Positions 1 through 12,699 are shown, counted from the first letter of the whole stretch. The stretch: 63,944 bases of DNA, filler included, from Lama guanicoe (GCA_013239625.1; 74 parts of 73 records of this genome joined end to end with filler, not necessarily neighbours in it), one strand, 5' to 3'. Program-made: numbers and translations. Notes: generated from the sequence alone by a model not told the origin.

Positions 1-1035
1 TAAACTGAATATATAATTTAGAATATAGAATGTACAACACACAATATAGTATACAGAATATAAAATACAGGACCCAGAATTTAGAACATGGAATGAAGAA
101 CACAGAATGTAGAATATAGAATACAGAATACTGAATATCGAATTTAGAATATAAATGCAGAACACAGAATATAGAATATAGAATACGGAATGCAGAATAT
201 AAAATACAGAATATAGAATTTANNNNNNNNNNNNNNNNNNNNNNNNNNNNNNNNNNNNNNNNNNNNNNNNNNNNNNNNNNNNNNNNNNNNNNNNNNNNNN
301 NNNNNNNNNNNNNNNNNNNNNNNNNNNNNNNNNNNNNNNNNNNNNNNNNNNNNNNNNNNNNNNNNNNNNNNNNNNNNNNNNNNNNNNNNNNNNNNNNNNN
401 NNNNNNNNNNNNNNNNNNNNNNNNNNNNNNNNNNNNNNNNNNNNNNNNNNNNNNNNNNNNNNNNNNNNNNNNNNNNNNNNNNNNNNNNNNNNNNNNNNNN
501 NNNNNNNNNNNNNNNNNNNNNNNNNNNNNNNNNNNNNNNNNNNNNNNNNNNNNNNNNNNNNNNNNNNNNNNNNNNNNNNNNNNNNNNNNNNNNNNNNNNN
601 NNNNNNNNNNNNNNNNNNNNNNNNNNNNNNNNNNNNNNNNNNNNNNNNNNNNNNNNNNNNNNNNNNNNNNNNNNNNNNNNNNNNNNNNNNNNNNNNNNNN
701 NNNNNNNNNNNNNNNNNNNNNNNNNNNNNNNNNNNNNNNNNNNNNNNNNNNNNNNNNNNNNNNNNNNNNNNNNNNNNNNNNNNNNNNNNNNNNNNNNNNN
801 NNNNNNNNNNNNNNNNNNNNNNNNNNNNNNNNNNNNNNNNNNNNNNNNNNNNNNNNNNNNNNNNNNNNNNNNNNNNNNNNNNNNNNNNNNNNNNNNNNNN
901 NNNNNNNNNNNNNNNTAGAATATAGAGAATTAACAGTATAGAATACGGAATGAAGAATATAGAATACAGAATATAGAAAGTTGAAAAGAGAATTTAGAAA
1001 TAAGAAAACAGAATACAGAACCCAGAATTTAGAAA
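1..1035 (+). repeat. AT-rich heptamer satellite (AGAATAT)n, family A
   Basis: Degenerate 7-bp units AGAATAT/AGAATAC/AGAACAC/AGAATTT/GGAATGC; internal N gap. Confidence 0.95.
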
Positions 1036-1135
1036 NNNNNNNNNNNNNNNNNNNNNNNNNNNNNNNNNNNNNNNNNNNNTTAATTAATTAANNNNNNNNN
1101 NNNNNNNNNNNNNNNNNNNNNNNNNNNNNNNNNNN
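1036..1135. other. Artificial scaffold-joining spacer N44-TTAATTAATTAA-N44 (first of about 73 copies; last at 62947-63046)
   Basis: Identical 100-bp structure recurs throughout. The palindromic 12-mer puts stops in all six frames, and the flanking sequences are unrelated. Confidence 0.97.
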
Positions 1136-2192
1136 ACATGAAACCTAATTAGCAATAAAAAACCTCCCTACAGATAAAAGTCCATGACCAGATGGCTTCA
1201 CTGGGGAATTCTACCAACCATACAAAAAGAACTCAAACTAGTTCTACTCAAACTCTTCCAGAAGACTGAAAAAGAGGGAGTACTCCCAAACTCATTCTAT
1301 GAAGCCATCATCACCCTGATGCCAAAACCAGGCAAAGACACTACCAAAACAGAGAATTATAGGCCAGTATCACTGATTAAAATAGATGCAAAAATCCTCA
1401 ACAAAATATTAGCAAACAGAATCCAGCAGCACATAAAACAGTTCACAAACCATGATCAAGTTGGACTCATTCCAGGAACACAAGGATGGCTCAACATAAG
1501 CAAATCAATCAATATAATACACCACATCAAGAGAGAATGGACAAAAAACACATGATCATCTCAATAGATGCAGGAAAAGAATTTGATAAAATTCAACACC
1601 CATTTATGATAAAGACTCTCAACACAGTGGGTATAGAGGGAACATATATCAACATGATAAAAACTATTTATGACAAACCTATAGCCAGCTTAGTACTCAA
1701 TTGTGAAAAACTAAAAACTTTCCCACTAAAATCCGGGCCAACAAAGTCGTCCACTCTCAAAGAAATCAGGAAAAAGAAATAAAAGGGATCCAAATTGGAA
1801 AACAAGAGGTAAAATTGTCACTATATGCAGATGACATGATACTATAGATAGAAAAACCTAAAAGTGCCACACAAAACTACACTACCAGNNNNNNNNNNNN
1901 NNNNNNNNNNNNNNNNNNNNNNNNNNNNNNNNNNNNNNNNNNNNNNNNNNNNNNNNNNNNNNNNNNNNNNNNNNNNNNNNNNNNNNNNNNNNNNNNNNNN
2001 NNNNNNNNNNNNNNNNNNNNNNNNNNNNNNNNNNNNNNNNNNNNNNNNNNNNNNNNNNNNNNNNAAAATACCTAAAATCTAGCCAAGGAGGTGAAAGACT
2101 TATACATAGAGAACTAGAAAACATCAACTAAGGAAATTAAAGAAGACTTAACAAAATGGAAAGATATCCCATGCTCATGTATTGTATTGGAA
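1136..2192 (+). mobile_element. LINE-1 ORF2 fragment (Z domain/RT region), frameshifted
   Basis: Translations [66 protein letters not shown] and LYADDM (about 1821-1838). About 37-40 bp of the RT region is missing near 1755 relative to the copy at 25690-25735. Confidence 0.95.
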
Positions 2193-2820
2193 NNNNNNNN
2201 NNNNNNNNNNNNNNNNNNNNNNNNNNNNNNNNNNNNTTAATTAATTAANNNNNNNNNNNNNNNNNNNNNNNNNNNNNNNNNNNNNNNNNNNNGTGTTGGA
2301 TGTGTGATTGCCCTTCCTGCTGTCTACGAAATAAAAATTGAGTATGGTTCGGGGAAAATGCTATTTCATTCTAAGAGGCTGCCTGCTTCTCAGGAATGGT
2401 CATCTTAAACTGCAAACATTACAAAAATGTTGAAAAGAAGAACTTGTGTACCCAATGACCCACTATTTTCTATAAATTTGGTTGCTATTTAGTTCCCCTA
2501 TCAATACCNNNNNNNNNNNNNNNNNNNNNNNNNNNNNNNNNNNNNNNNNNNNNNNNNNNNNATCTGTATCTTTTTCCTAAACTCCATGGCTTCCTTAACA
2601 TCCCATTCCCCTTGGAATTTAGGGGTGTCCGGTATAAGAAATGAGAAACAGTTTGAGAAAATCCCGGCTCAGAATTATACAGCACAACCTCAGCTCAGAT
2701 ATATACAGCCGTAAAAATGCTTAGAAGCAAAACTCCGTAACTACTCAAAGAATTTTGCAAACCTGGGCCTGCCCAGATGTTTCCAAACTGGAAAGTTACT
2801 CCAATCACTTGACCGGGAAC

Positions 2821-2883
2821 CAGAGGCTGGTCACCCTTTTCTGTAAAAGCCAGAGAGTAAATATTTTCAGTTTTGCAGATCAT
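2821..2883 (+). mobile_element. MER58-like hAT-Charlie DNA transposon end
   Basis: cagaggctggtcacccttttctgtaaaagccagagagtaaatattttcagttttgcagatcat resembles the recalled MER58 terminus. Confidence 0.6.
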
Positions 2884-2983
2884 NNNNNNNNNNNNNNNNN
2901 NNNNNNNNNNNNNNNNNNNNNNNNNNNTTAATTAATTAANNNNNNNNNNNNNNNNNNNNNNNNNNNNNNNNNNNNNNNNNNNN

Positions 2984-3471
2984 GTTTGTCAGTAGTCTGT
3001 TGGACAACGTCATAAAACATTGATTGAAGGTTACTGGAATGGAATCTATTCTTATTAATATTAAGTAAGCACATACTGAGTGCTTACTGTATGATGGAAT
3101 TGTCCCTCAGCCTCACATGAATATTATTTCTCTTAAAACCTCACATATTTCCTTGTTATTCTCACTTTACATATAAGGAGACTGAGAATTATGTCTTCTC
3201 TCTTTTGTGGGGAGCTCATTATCAATGGCGGGAAATTGTAAGGAAAAAGATATTGATTCATCCTGAGAAAACATTTTTATTAGAGTCAGCAATGAAGATG
3301 AACACTGAAGAAGGTGATGATTTTTCGAGTGAGACAAGCCCTGGGTTTTACGGATTCAGCATCCCTGTCCTGGACACGTAACGTGTTGAAATGCGTGGAG
3401 GGTGAGGCGGGGCAGCCGCGCAGGGAACACGGATGCCGGGTCATTCGGCTGTGCTCAGGCCCAGTGGGGCT
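2984..3471 (+). repeat. Low-copy duplicated segment, paralog of 46498-46979
   Basis: Colinear, same-strand similarity from tttgtcagtagtctgttggacaa to ggtggggctt, with scattered substitutions and small indels. Confidence 0.9.
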
Positions 3472-3868
3472 TTGTCCTAAGGGCAGTGGACCGTCATTGA
3501 CAGATTTTATGTAGGGGAGTGATCGTAGTTCAGTCTTGTAGAGTGCTTGGAAACATTTAGAAGGCTTGGCAGGAGGTGATGAGATGAATCAGAGTAGGGT
3601 GGCTGCGAGGTGTAGCAGTGTTCAATTTTCAAGTGGTTTTCAGTCCCAGGCTTGTGGCTCAGTAGCCGTGTCACTTTGGATAACGCACTCAAGAAGTGAA
3701 ACAATTTATCTAATTAAATCTGTGATGTACCCAATTCCCAGGACTGTTGTGGAGATTCAGTGAGATAANNNNNNNNNNNNNNNNNNNNNNNNNNNNNNNN
3801 NNNNNNNNNNNNTTAATTAATTAANNNNNNNNNNNNNNNNNNNNNNNNNNNNNNNNNNNNNNNNNNNN

Positions 3869-4617
3869 TTCTGTGTTCTGCATTCCATGTTCTATAATCC
3901 ATATTCTGTATTCTGTAGTCTATATAATAAATACTGAATTCTGCTTTCCATGTTCTAAATTCGTGGTTCTATATTTTCTATCCTATATTCTATATTCTGT
4001 GTTCATCTTTCTATATTCTATATTCTATATTCTATATTCTGCATTCCGAAGTCTATATACTATATTCTGTGTTCTACATTCTATATTCTGTATTCAATAT
4101 TCTGCATTCCATAAAATTCCATATTCTGTGTTCTATATTCTATATTCAGTATTCTGTATTCTATATTCTAAATTCGGTGTTCTACATTCCATGTTCTTAA
4201 TTCTGGGTTCTATATTTTGTATTCTATATTCTATACTTTGGATTCATCATTCTATATTCTATATCCTATACTCTGCATTCCGTAGTCTATATTCTATATT
4301 CTGTGTCCTACATTCTATATTCTAAATTCTATATTCAATATTCTGTATTCTATATTCTAAATTCTGTGTTCTGCATTCCATGTTCTAAATTCTCGGTTCT
4401 ATATTCTNNNNNNNNNNNNNNNNNNNNNNNNNNNNNNNNNNNNNNNNNNNNNNNNNNNNNNNNNNNNNNNNNNNNNNNNNNNNNNNNNNNNNNNNNNNNN
4501 NNNNNNNNNNNNNNNNNNNNNNNNNNNGTACAGTATACTGTATATTCTAAATTCTGTGTTCTGCATTTCATGTTCTCAATTCTTGGTTTTGTATTCTGTT
4601 TTCCATATTCTATATTC
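3869..4617 (-). repeat. Heptamer satellite family A (reads ATATTCT on +)
   Basis: Tandem ATATTCT/GTATTCT/GTGTTCT units. Confidence 0.95.
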
Positions 4618-4717
4618 NNNNNNNNNNNNNNNNNNNNNNNNNNNNNNNNNNNNNNNNNNNNTTAATTAATTAANNNNNNNNNNNNNNNNNNNNNNNNNNN
4701 NNNNNNNNNNNNNNNNN

Positions 4718-5220
4718 GCCCTAGGCCCCCACCAGGGCCCTGCCCGCTTCGCAAGCAAAAGGGACACTGGAAATCCGACTGTCCTTGGCAGAACCCCTCC
4801 GGCCTGAGCACATCCCAATCCCCGTCCACTTCTGACTTGACTCAGCTCCTCGGCCCGGCCGCTGAAGACCGATAAACCCCTGGGTCCATTGCCCCTGCTA
4901 CCATCGCTCATGACGACCCTAGGGTAACTCTGACAGCACCTGGTAAGCCTGCATCATTTCTGTTGGACACGGACTATCTGGTTAGAATGCCAAGGACCAC
5001 TGCACAGGCCCTCCCTCTCTGCTGTGGGCGCTGACGGCACTCCTTCAAGACCGAAGCAAACCAAGCCCCCCTCCGCGCCTTACGCCCAGCCCAGCTCACC
5101 CACGCCTTCCCAGTGACCCCGCTTGCCCGACCCCCATTCTGGGCCGGGAGGCCCTCCAGAAACTCAGGGCGGCAATCCATATTGACTCCTCCTCCGCCTT
5201 TGTTCTCTACCGTTCAGACA
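4718..5220 (+). mobile_element. Class I (gamma-like, HERV-H/F-type) ERV gag-pro junction, degenerate
   Basis: NC zinc knuckle CPL[R]KQKGHWKSDC at 4741-4782; gag end LLGPAAED; protease PRVTLTAPGKPASFLLDT at 4918-4971; C-terminal THAF..CPTPILGRE.LQKL with frameshifts. Confidence 0.85.
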
Positions 5221-5689
5221 NNNNNNNNNNNNNNNNNNNNNNNNNNNNNNNNNNNNNNNNNNNNTTAATTAATTAANNNNNNNNNNNNNNNNNNNNNNNN
5301 NNNNNNNNNNNNNNNNNNNNCTCATCTTGCATTGGAGTGACCCAATCTTTCCATCTGGGGTGAGTACTCAGAGGTCCAAGGCCCCCTCCACTGTCTAGCA
5401 TTGACCTCCAGCCCACATCCCTTTGCTGGGGAGTGAGATGTCTGCTTTGTTTCGCCCGGGGAAGGGGTAAGATCAGAGCTGCTCTGAAAGTCAAGGCCAC
5501 CACCTACCCCGGAATACAGCAGTGTCTCTAATGAAGGTTTCTAACTGAATAAAGGTGTAAAAGCCAAAAAATAAAAATATAAAGCGAAGGAGCCAGCTCC
5601 CACAGAGCAGGGTGTCTGTACGCGAGCTAGGCCAGAAATCGAGACTATTACCCTGAAGCCGCTCTTGAAAGAAAAGACTTAAGGAACAG

Positions 5690-6030
5690 GCAGCGACGGT
5701 CTCCTACCTCGCAACTGCTAGGATCAGGCCCGGACGACGAGGTTTCCCAGAGCACCTCCGGGTTGCCGCAGCCATGCACCTCTGCTGACGACTGACGGCG
5801 GCGTCTGGAAGCCTCTGAAAGCCTCTGGAAGCCTCTGGAAGCCTCTGTTCCTGCCTCGGGCACTTCCGGCTCCCGAAAGACGCGAGATTTGCAACCTGCA
5901 CATGCGCAGTCCACTTCTGCGCCAGCCTCGGGCGCGGCCTCTCTCGCCGCTCCGCGGCCTGTGTGCCGCGGCCCTTCCGTCGCACCTGACTGGGCCTCCG
6001 GGCCAGGAGCTGCTGCGCGGTGAGTCTGAA
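5690..6030. promoter_or_regulatory. CpG-island promoter, probably bidirectional, with candidate first exons on both strands
   Basis: CpG-rich; ETS/GABPA CACTTCCGG at 5861-5869; NRF1-like TGCACATGCGCA at 5897-5908; + strand donor G|GTGAGT at 6019/6020; - strand donor AG|GTAGGA at 5708/5707. Confidence 0.65.
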
Positions 6031-6165
6031 TGTGGAATTGTAGAGGGGATAAGGGGAGACAGTCGNNNNNNNNNNNNNNNNNNNNNNNNNNNNNNNNNNN
6101 NNNNNNNNNTTAATTAATTAANNNNNNNNNNNNNNNNNNNNNNNNNNNNNNNNNNNNNNNNNNNN

Positions 6166-6647
6166 AATTCTGGTTTCTACATTCTCTATTCTATATTCTA
6201 TATTGTGTGTTTTTTATTCTAGAGTTTACATACAATATTTTGCATTCCGTATACTATATTCTATATTTTGTGTTCTACATTCTATTTTCTAAATTCTATA
6301 CTCAGTATTCCGTATTCTATATTCTACATTCTCTGTTCTGCATTCCATGTTCTAAATTTGGGTTCTATATCCTCTTTTCTATATTCTATATCCTGTGTTC
6401 CACATTCTATAGTCTAAAACCTATATTCAGCGTTCTGTATTCTATATTCTAAATTATGTGTTCTGCATTCCATGTTTTAAATTCTGGGTTCTATACTCTG
6501 TTTTCCATATTTTATATTCGGTATTCTACATTCTATATTCTGTATTCTATATTCTGCATTCCGTTTTCTACAAAATTATATATTCTGTGTTCTACCTTTA
6601 TTTTCAAAATTCTATATTCTGTATTCTATATTCTAAATTCTGTGTTC
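6166..6647 (-). repeat. Heptamer satellite family A
   Basis: Tandem ATATTCT-type units. Confidence 0.95.
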
Positions 6648-6747
6648 NNNNNNNNNNNNNNNNNNNNNNNNNNNNNNNNNNNNNNNNNNNNTTAATTAAT
6701 TAANNNNNNNNNNNNNNNNNNNNNNNNNNNNNNNNNNNNNNNNNNNN

Positions 6748-9610
6748 AACACAGAAATTAGAACATAGAATACGGAAAGCAGAATATAGAATGTAGAATA
6801 TTGAATGAAGAACACTAAATATAGAATATACGAGAGAGATTATAGAACACAGAATTCAGAATATGGAATGCAGAACACAGAAATTAGAATATAGAATACA
6901 GAAAAATGAATAAAGAATATACAATATAGAATGAAGAACACAGAATATAGAATATAGAATACGGAATGTAGAATATAGAATACAGAATATAGAATTTAGA
7001 ACACATGATATAGAATATGGAAAACAGAATACAGAACCNNNNNNNNNNNNNNNNNNNNNNNNNNNNNNNNNNNNNNNNNNNNNNNNNNNNNNNNNNNNNN
7101 NNNNNNNNNNNNNNNNNNNNNNNNNNNNNNNNNNNNNNNNNNNNNNNNNNNNNNNNNNNNNNNNNNNNNNNNNNNNNNNNNNNNNNNNNNNNNNNNNNNN
7201 NNNNNNNNNNNNNNNNNNNNNNNNNNNNNNNNNNNNNNNNNNNNNNNNNNNNNNNNNNNNNNNNNNNNNNNNNNNNNNNNNNNNNNNNNNNNNNNNNNNN
7301 NNNNNNNNNNNNNNNNNNNNNNNNNNNNNNNNNNNNNNNNNNNNNNNNNNNNNNNNNNNNNNNNNNNNNNNNNNNNNNNNNNNNNNNNNNNNNNNNNNNN
7401 NNNNNNNNNNNNNNNNNNNNNNNNNNNNNNNNNNNNNNNNNNNNNNNNNNNNNNNNNNNNNNNNNNNNNNNNNNNNNNNNNNNNNNNNNNNNNNNNNNNN
7501 NNNNNNNNNNNNNNNNNNNNNNNNNNNNNNNNNNNNNNNNNNNNNNNNNNNNNNNNNNNNNNNNNNNNNNNNNNNNNNNNNNNNNNNNNNNNNNNNNNNN
7601 NNNNNNNNNNNNNNNNNNNNNNNNNNNNNNNNNNNNNNNNNNNNNNNNNNNNNNNNNNNNNNNNNNNNNNNNNNNNNNNNNNNNNNNNNNNNNNNNNNNN
7701 NNNNATATGGAAAACAGAATATATAACCCAGAATTTAGAACATGGTATGCAGAACACAGAATTTAGAATATAGAATACAGAATACTGAATATAGAATTTA
7801 GAATATAGAATGTAGAACACAGAATATAGACTATAGACAACGGAATGCAGACTTTAGAATATAGAATATAGAATAATGAGCACAAAATATTGAATAGATA
7901 ATATAGAACACAGAATTTAGTACATGGAATGCAGAACACAGTATTTAGAATATAGAATAGAGAATACTGTATACAGTATATGAATATACATTGTAGAACA
8001 CAGAATTTAGAATATAGAATACAGAATACTGAATATAGAATTTAGAATATACAATGTAGAACACAGAATATGGAATGTAGAATACGGAATGCAGAATATT
8101 GAATACAGAATATAGAATGTAGAACNNNNNNNNNNNNNNNNNNNNNNNNNNNNNNNNNNNNNNNNNNNNNNNNNNNNNNNNNNNNNNNNNNNNNNNNNNN
8201 NNNNNNNNNNNNNNNNNNNNNNNNNNNNNNNNNNNNNNNNNNNNNNNNNNNNNNNNNNNNNNNNNNNNNNNNNNNNNNNNNNNNNNNNNNNNNNNNNNNN
8301 NNNNNNNNNNNNNNNNNNNNNNNNNNNNNNNNNNNNNNNNNNNNNNNNNNNNNNNNNNNNNNNNNNNNNNNNNNNNNNNNNNNNNNNNNNNNNNNNNNNN
8401 NNNNNNNNNNNNNNNNNNNNNNNNNNNNNNNNNNNNNNNNNNNNNNNNNNNNNNNNNNNNNNNNNNNNNNNNNNNNNNNNNNNNNNNNNNNNNNNNNNNN
8501 NNNNNNNNNNNNNNNNNNNNNNNNNNNNNNNNNNNNNNNNNNNNNNNNNNNNNNNNNNNNNNNNNNNNNNNNNNNNNNNNNNNNNNNNNNNNNNNNNNNN
8601 NNNNNNNNNNNNNNNNNNNNNNNNNNNNNNNNNNNNNNNNNNNNNNNNNNNNNNNNNNNNNNNNNNNNNNNNNNNNNNNNNNNNNNNNNNNNNNNNNNNN
8701 NNNNNNNNNNNNNNNNNNNNNNNNNNNNNNNNNNNNNNNNNNNNNNNNNNNNNNNNNNNNNNNNNNNNNNNNNNNNNNAAATACTGTATATAGGATTTAG
8801 AATATAGAATGTACAACACAGAATACAGAATATAGACTACGGAATGCAGAATATAGAATATAGAATACAGAATATAGAATATAGAATGCTGAAAACAATA
8901 TCTGGAATACAGAATAGAGAATATAGAACCCAGAATTAAGAACATGGAATGTANNNNNNNNNNNNNNNNNNNNNNNNNNNNNNNNNNNNNNNNNNNNTTA
9001 ATTAATTAANNNNNNNNNNNNNNNNNNNNNNNNNNNNNNNNNNNNNNNNNNNNTGTAGAACACAGAATATAGAATATAGAATACGGAATGCAGAATATAT
9101 TAAACAGAATACAAAATTTTGAACACAGAACATAGAATATGGAAACAGAATACAGAACACAGAATTTAGAACATGGAATGCAGAACACAGAATTTAGAAT
9201 ATAGAACACAGAATACTGAATATAAAAGCTAGAATATAGAATGTAGAATACAGAATATAGAATATANNNNNNNNNNNNNNNNNNNNNNNNNNNNNNNNNN
9301 NNNNNNNNNNNNNNNNNNNNNNNNNNNNNNNNNNNNNNNNNNNNNNNNNNNNNNNNNNNNNNNNNNNNNNNNNNNNNNNNNNNNNNNNNNNNNNNNNNNN
9401 NNNNNNNNNNNNNNNNNNNNNNNNNNNNNNNNNNNNNNNNNNNNNNNNNNNNNNNNNNNNNNNNNNNNNNNNNNNNNNNNNNNNNNNNNNNNNNNNNNNN
9501 NNATGGAATGCCGAACACAGAATTTAGAATATAGAATACACTATACTGTATATAGAATTTGGAAAATGGAATGAAGAACACAGAATTTAGAATATAGAAT
9601 ACAGAATACT
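6748..9610 (+). repeat. Heptamer satellite family A (two scaffolds with internal gaps)
   Basis: Tandem AGAATAT-type units. Confidence 0.95.
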
Positions 9611-10264
9611 NNNNNNNNNNNNNNNNNNNNNNNNNNNNNNNNNNNNNNNNNNNNTTAATTAATTAANNNNNNNNNNNNNNNNNNNNNNNNNNNNNNNNNN
9701 NNNNNNNNNNTAAAAATATTTAATGCTTCTAATCAAAACAGACTCTTTGGAGGCAATGTGGGAAATACCCTGTGGGATAATTTGATTTTCTCTAATTTAT
9801 CATTAATTCATTGCAATTATTATAAATATGTGATAAAAATACTTCTATCTGATAATTAAGGCCATCTCTGATTAAAGTTCTAAAAGTAAAGAAACTGCAC
9901 TATAAGGAAAAACATGTTTAAGCTTTATGTTCTATCATCCAAATTAATTTACACTCCTACCAACGATTATGGTTCTTTTGTGTTGGACTTGATTTTCATT
10001 ATCTTCTTGAAAATATTTACATATATACTTACAGGCAATATTTCACCTTTAAGTTTATCAGGGTTTAGTATGCATATAATATTCACAGAGTGATACTGGA
10101 GATTTTTGCATTACTTTGCCCTGGAACAATCTACATGGCAGGAAACAAAGGTTTGAAAGAAATGAAGAGACCAGTAAAACTGTCCAGAACTGGAGATATT
10201 TTTCAGGGATAATTTTCTTTTGTATGGATTTGATTTTTACTTTGACAGACTTTTCTGTTTCTTT

Positions 10265-10492
10265 TTTCTTTCAGTTTTATTCAGGTATGATCGACAAGTA
10301 AAAATTGTATATATTTAGGTGATTCAATCTAACGTTTTGATATATGTATACATCGTGAAATAACCACCACAATCAAGCTAATTAATTAATGTATCCATAA
10401 CCTCACAGAGTTACACTATTTTTTTCTTTTTTCTCTTGGTGAGAACACCTGAAATATACTCTCTTAGCAAATTTCAAGTATAAATACATTAT
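10265..10492 (-). mobile_element. LINE-1 3' end (L1MA-type), antisense
   Basis: cagttttattcaggtatgatcgacaagtaaaaattgtatatattt...atatactctcttagcaaatttcaagta resembles the reverse complement of L1MA 3' UTRs. Confidence 0.7.
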
Positions 10493-12149
10493 NNNNNNNN
10501 NNNNNNNNNNNNNNNNNNNNNNNNNNNNNNNNNNNNTTAATTAATTAANNNNNNNNNNNNNNNNNNNNNNNNNNNNNNNNNNNNNNNNNNNNAATAAACT
10601 TGTTTATCTAGATAACTTTTTTTATTTTAATAAAATTTACATATTTTCTTGGTATAGATTCTTAACACTTTTCCTCTGAGTTGTTAATATTAACTCTAGA
10701 TGTGGACTTAACATATCACATAGTTATAGCTTCTCTTTTTACATAAATTTATGTATTCTAGTTGATCAATAGATTGGGTTTTGCTCTAAAGGGTTTCTTT
10801 GTCTCTCTCTCTCTGTGTCTCTCTCTCATTTGTATTTGAAGAAGGACTCAGATGTTATTTCCTGTTTAGGAATGTCTGTCTATTGCCTTTAAAAGTTTAA
10901 CCACTTCTTAGTTGAGTATTTTCTTTTTGAGTCACAATTACTCTCTTCTGAACTTTGTAGATTGCATCCTTTTTTTTTTTTAACTACATGTGGAAAAAGC
11001 AAGGAAAGCATATTCAGGAAGTCAGGAAGCACGGAGCATAGTTGATTTCTTGGAAATCTTAAATTAAGATTTGGGGGTTTGCTGTTTATTTCAGTGCATT
11101 TTGAAAAATGAGAGGGATGATACTTGAATCAGTCAGTCACAGGCTCTTTTCCTTCTCATTCAGAAGTTCAGGATTGGCAACTACCTTTTTCATAGAACGT
11201 GCTTAAAGCTCTCCTGTTAGCTTTCTAAATGAGTCCCCTTGGCTTCCCTACTCGTATCCGTAGGAGAAATGATTTGAGCCCCTTGAAGGTGATGAGTTAC
11301 TGCTCCGCTGTTAAAAAAAAAAATGCTTCCTGCCTTAGAAACTTAATAACTGAAGTCTTGACTGTTTAGTCTTTCAGGTACTTCTAGAGTGTGTGTGTTA
11401 CACTTCTCTCTGCGCGTTGCCTTTCTTAGATGGACTGGCACACTTTGCATGCTGTACCCCCTTCTGTTAAGTCAATAACCTCTTAACTGGGGAGACTTAT
11501 AAGGCAACTNNNNNNNNNNNNNNNNNNNNNNNNNNNNNNNNNNNNNNNNNNNNTTAATTAATTAANNNNNNNNNNNNNNNNNNNNNNNNNNNNNNNNNNN
11601 NNNNNNNNNTACTTTTACTTGAAATAAGAGAAAAGTTAGCAAAAATGGCTCTAAAATATAGGATGAGGGAGGAGAACTGCCTGAGCTGCTTGCAGTGGGG
11701 AATATTCTCAGTTGACTCCCTCACTGTGTCTCCTGTCACTATCCCCCACAGCCCTGCACGGCAGTCCTACTGAAGCAACCATGCACTTTCTCAGAAATGC
11801 GCTGAATTTCGTTGTGCCTCTGATTGTTCATTCTTGAAAGCACATCTTGCCCTTTGCTTAAATGCCATCCCTGCTAGCCACCTCTTACACTCATTTTCCT
11901 GGACCTCGTCCATATATAGCTGCTGAATGGATGAACAAAATGCAGTATCTCCATTCAGTGGAACATTATTCAGACATAAGGGTGAATAAAAAAGAAAAAG
12001 TAAATAAAGGGGAATATGGAAAAAGCCACCTGCTCTGGGAAGTCCACCGNNNNNNNNNNNNNNNNNNNNNNNNNNNNNNNNNNNNNNNNNNNNTTAATTA
12101 ATTAANNNNNNNNNNNNNNNNNNNNNNNNNNNNNNNNNNNNNNNNNNNN

Positions 12150-12506
12150 ACAATGTGTTAATTTGTAGTGTATAGCACAGTGTCCCACATAATGCATATA
12201 TTTCTGTGCCTGTTAAAGTTAACTTCACAATATTTAACATACTGCCCTGTGTCATACAAAAGACAATTTAGAAAAATCTATTTTTATATATAGTAGATAA
12301 CATTTATAAATCTACATCTCCCATATATATCCTCTCCTACCCCTTTCAGCAGTAACCAAAAGATTATTAATTAGATCTGCATGTTTGTTTCAGTTTTGTA
12401 GATGAAATCATTGTGTTCTCATCCAAAATTTTTTTTAAGGTTCTACATATATCATGCCATGTATTATTTTTCTTTCTCTTTCTGGCTTACTTCAATTAGA
12501 ATGACA
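12150..12506 (-). mobile_element. LINE-1 3' UTR fragment, antisense
   Basis: caatgtgttaatttgtagtgtatagcacagtg...ttctggcttacttcaattagaatgaca is typical of a laurasiatherian L1 3' end. Confidence 0.65.
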
Positions 12507-12699
12507 NNNNNNNNNNNNNNNNNNNNNNNNNNNNNNNNNNNNNNNNNNNNTTAATTAATTAANNNNNNNNNNNNNNNNNNNNNNNNNNNNNNNNNNNNNN
12601 NNNNNNAGTTTAAAAAAATTCTTCAGGAAATTCTACTCATAACTACACTATTAGACTCCATTCCAGTAAAAATGTATATTTCAAAAGAGATTTACTGGA

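Noticed and set aside
1184..1782. Functional reverse transcriptase system
   Set aside because: All L1 pieces are short, frameshifted or stop-containing, and sit on unlinked scaffolds.
3873..4325. Hydrophobic F/Y/I/L/S-rich ORFs (here and in all family A scaffolds) as membrane proteins
   Set aside because: They are translations of the stop-poor strand of the heptamer satellite.
6996..8945. Long ORFs composed mainly of X
   Set aside because: Read-through of N gaps.
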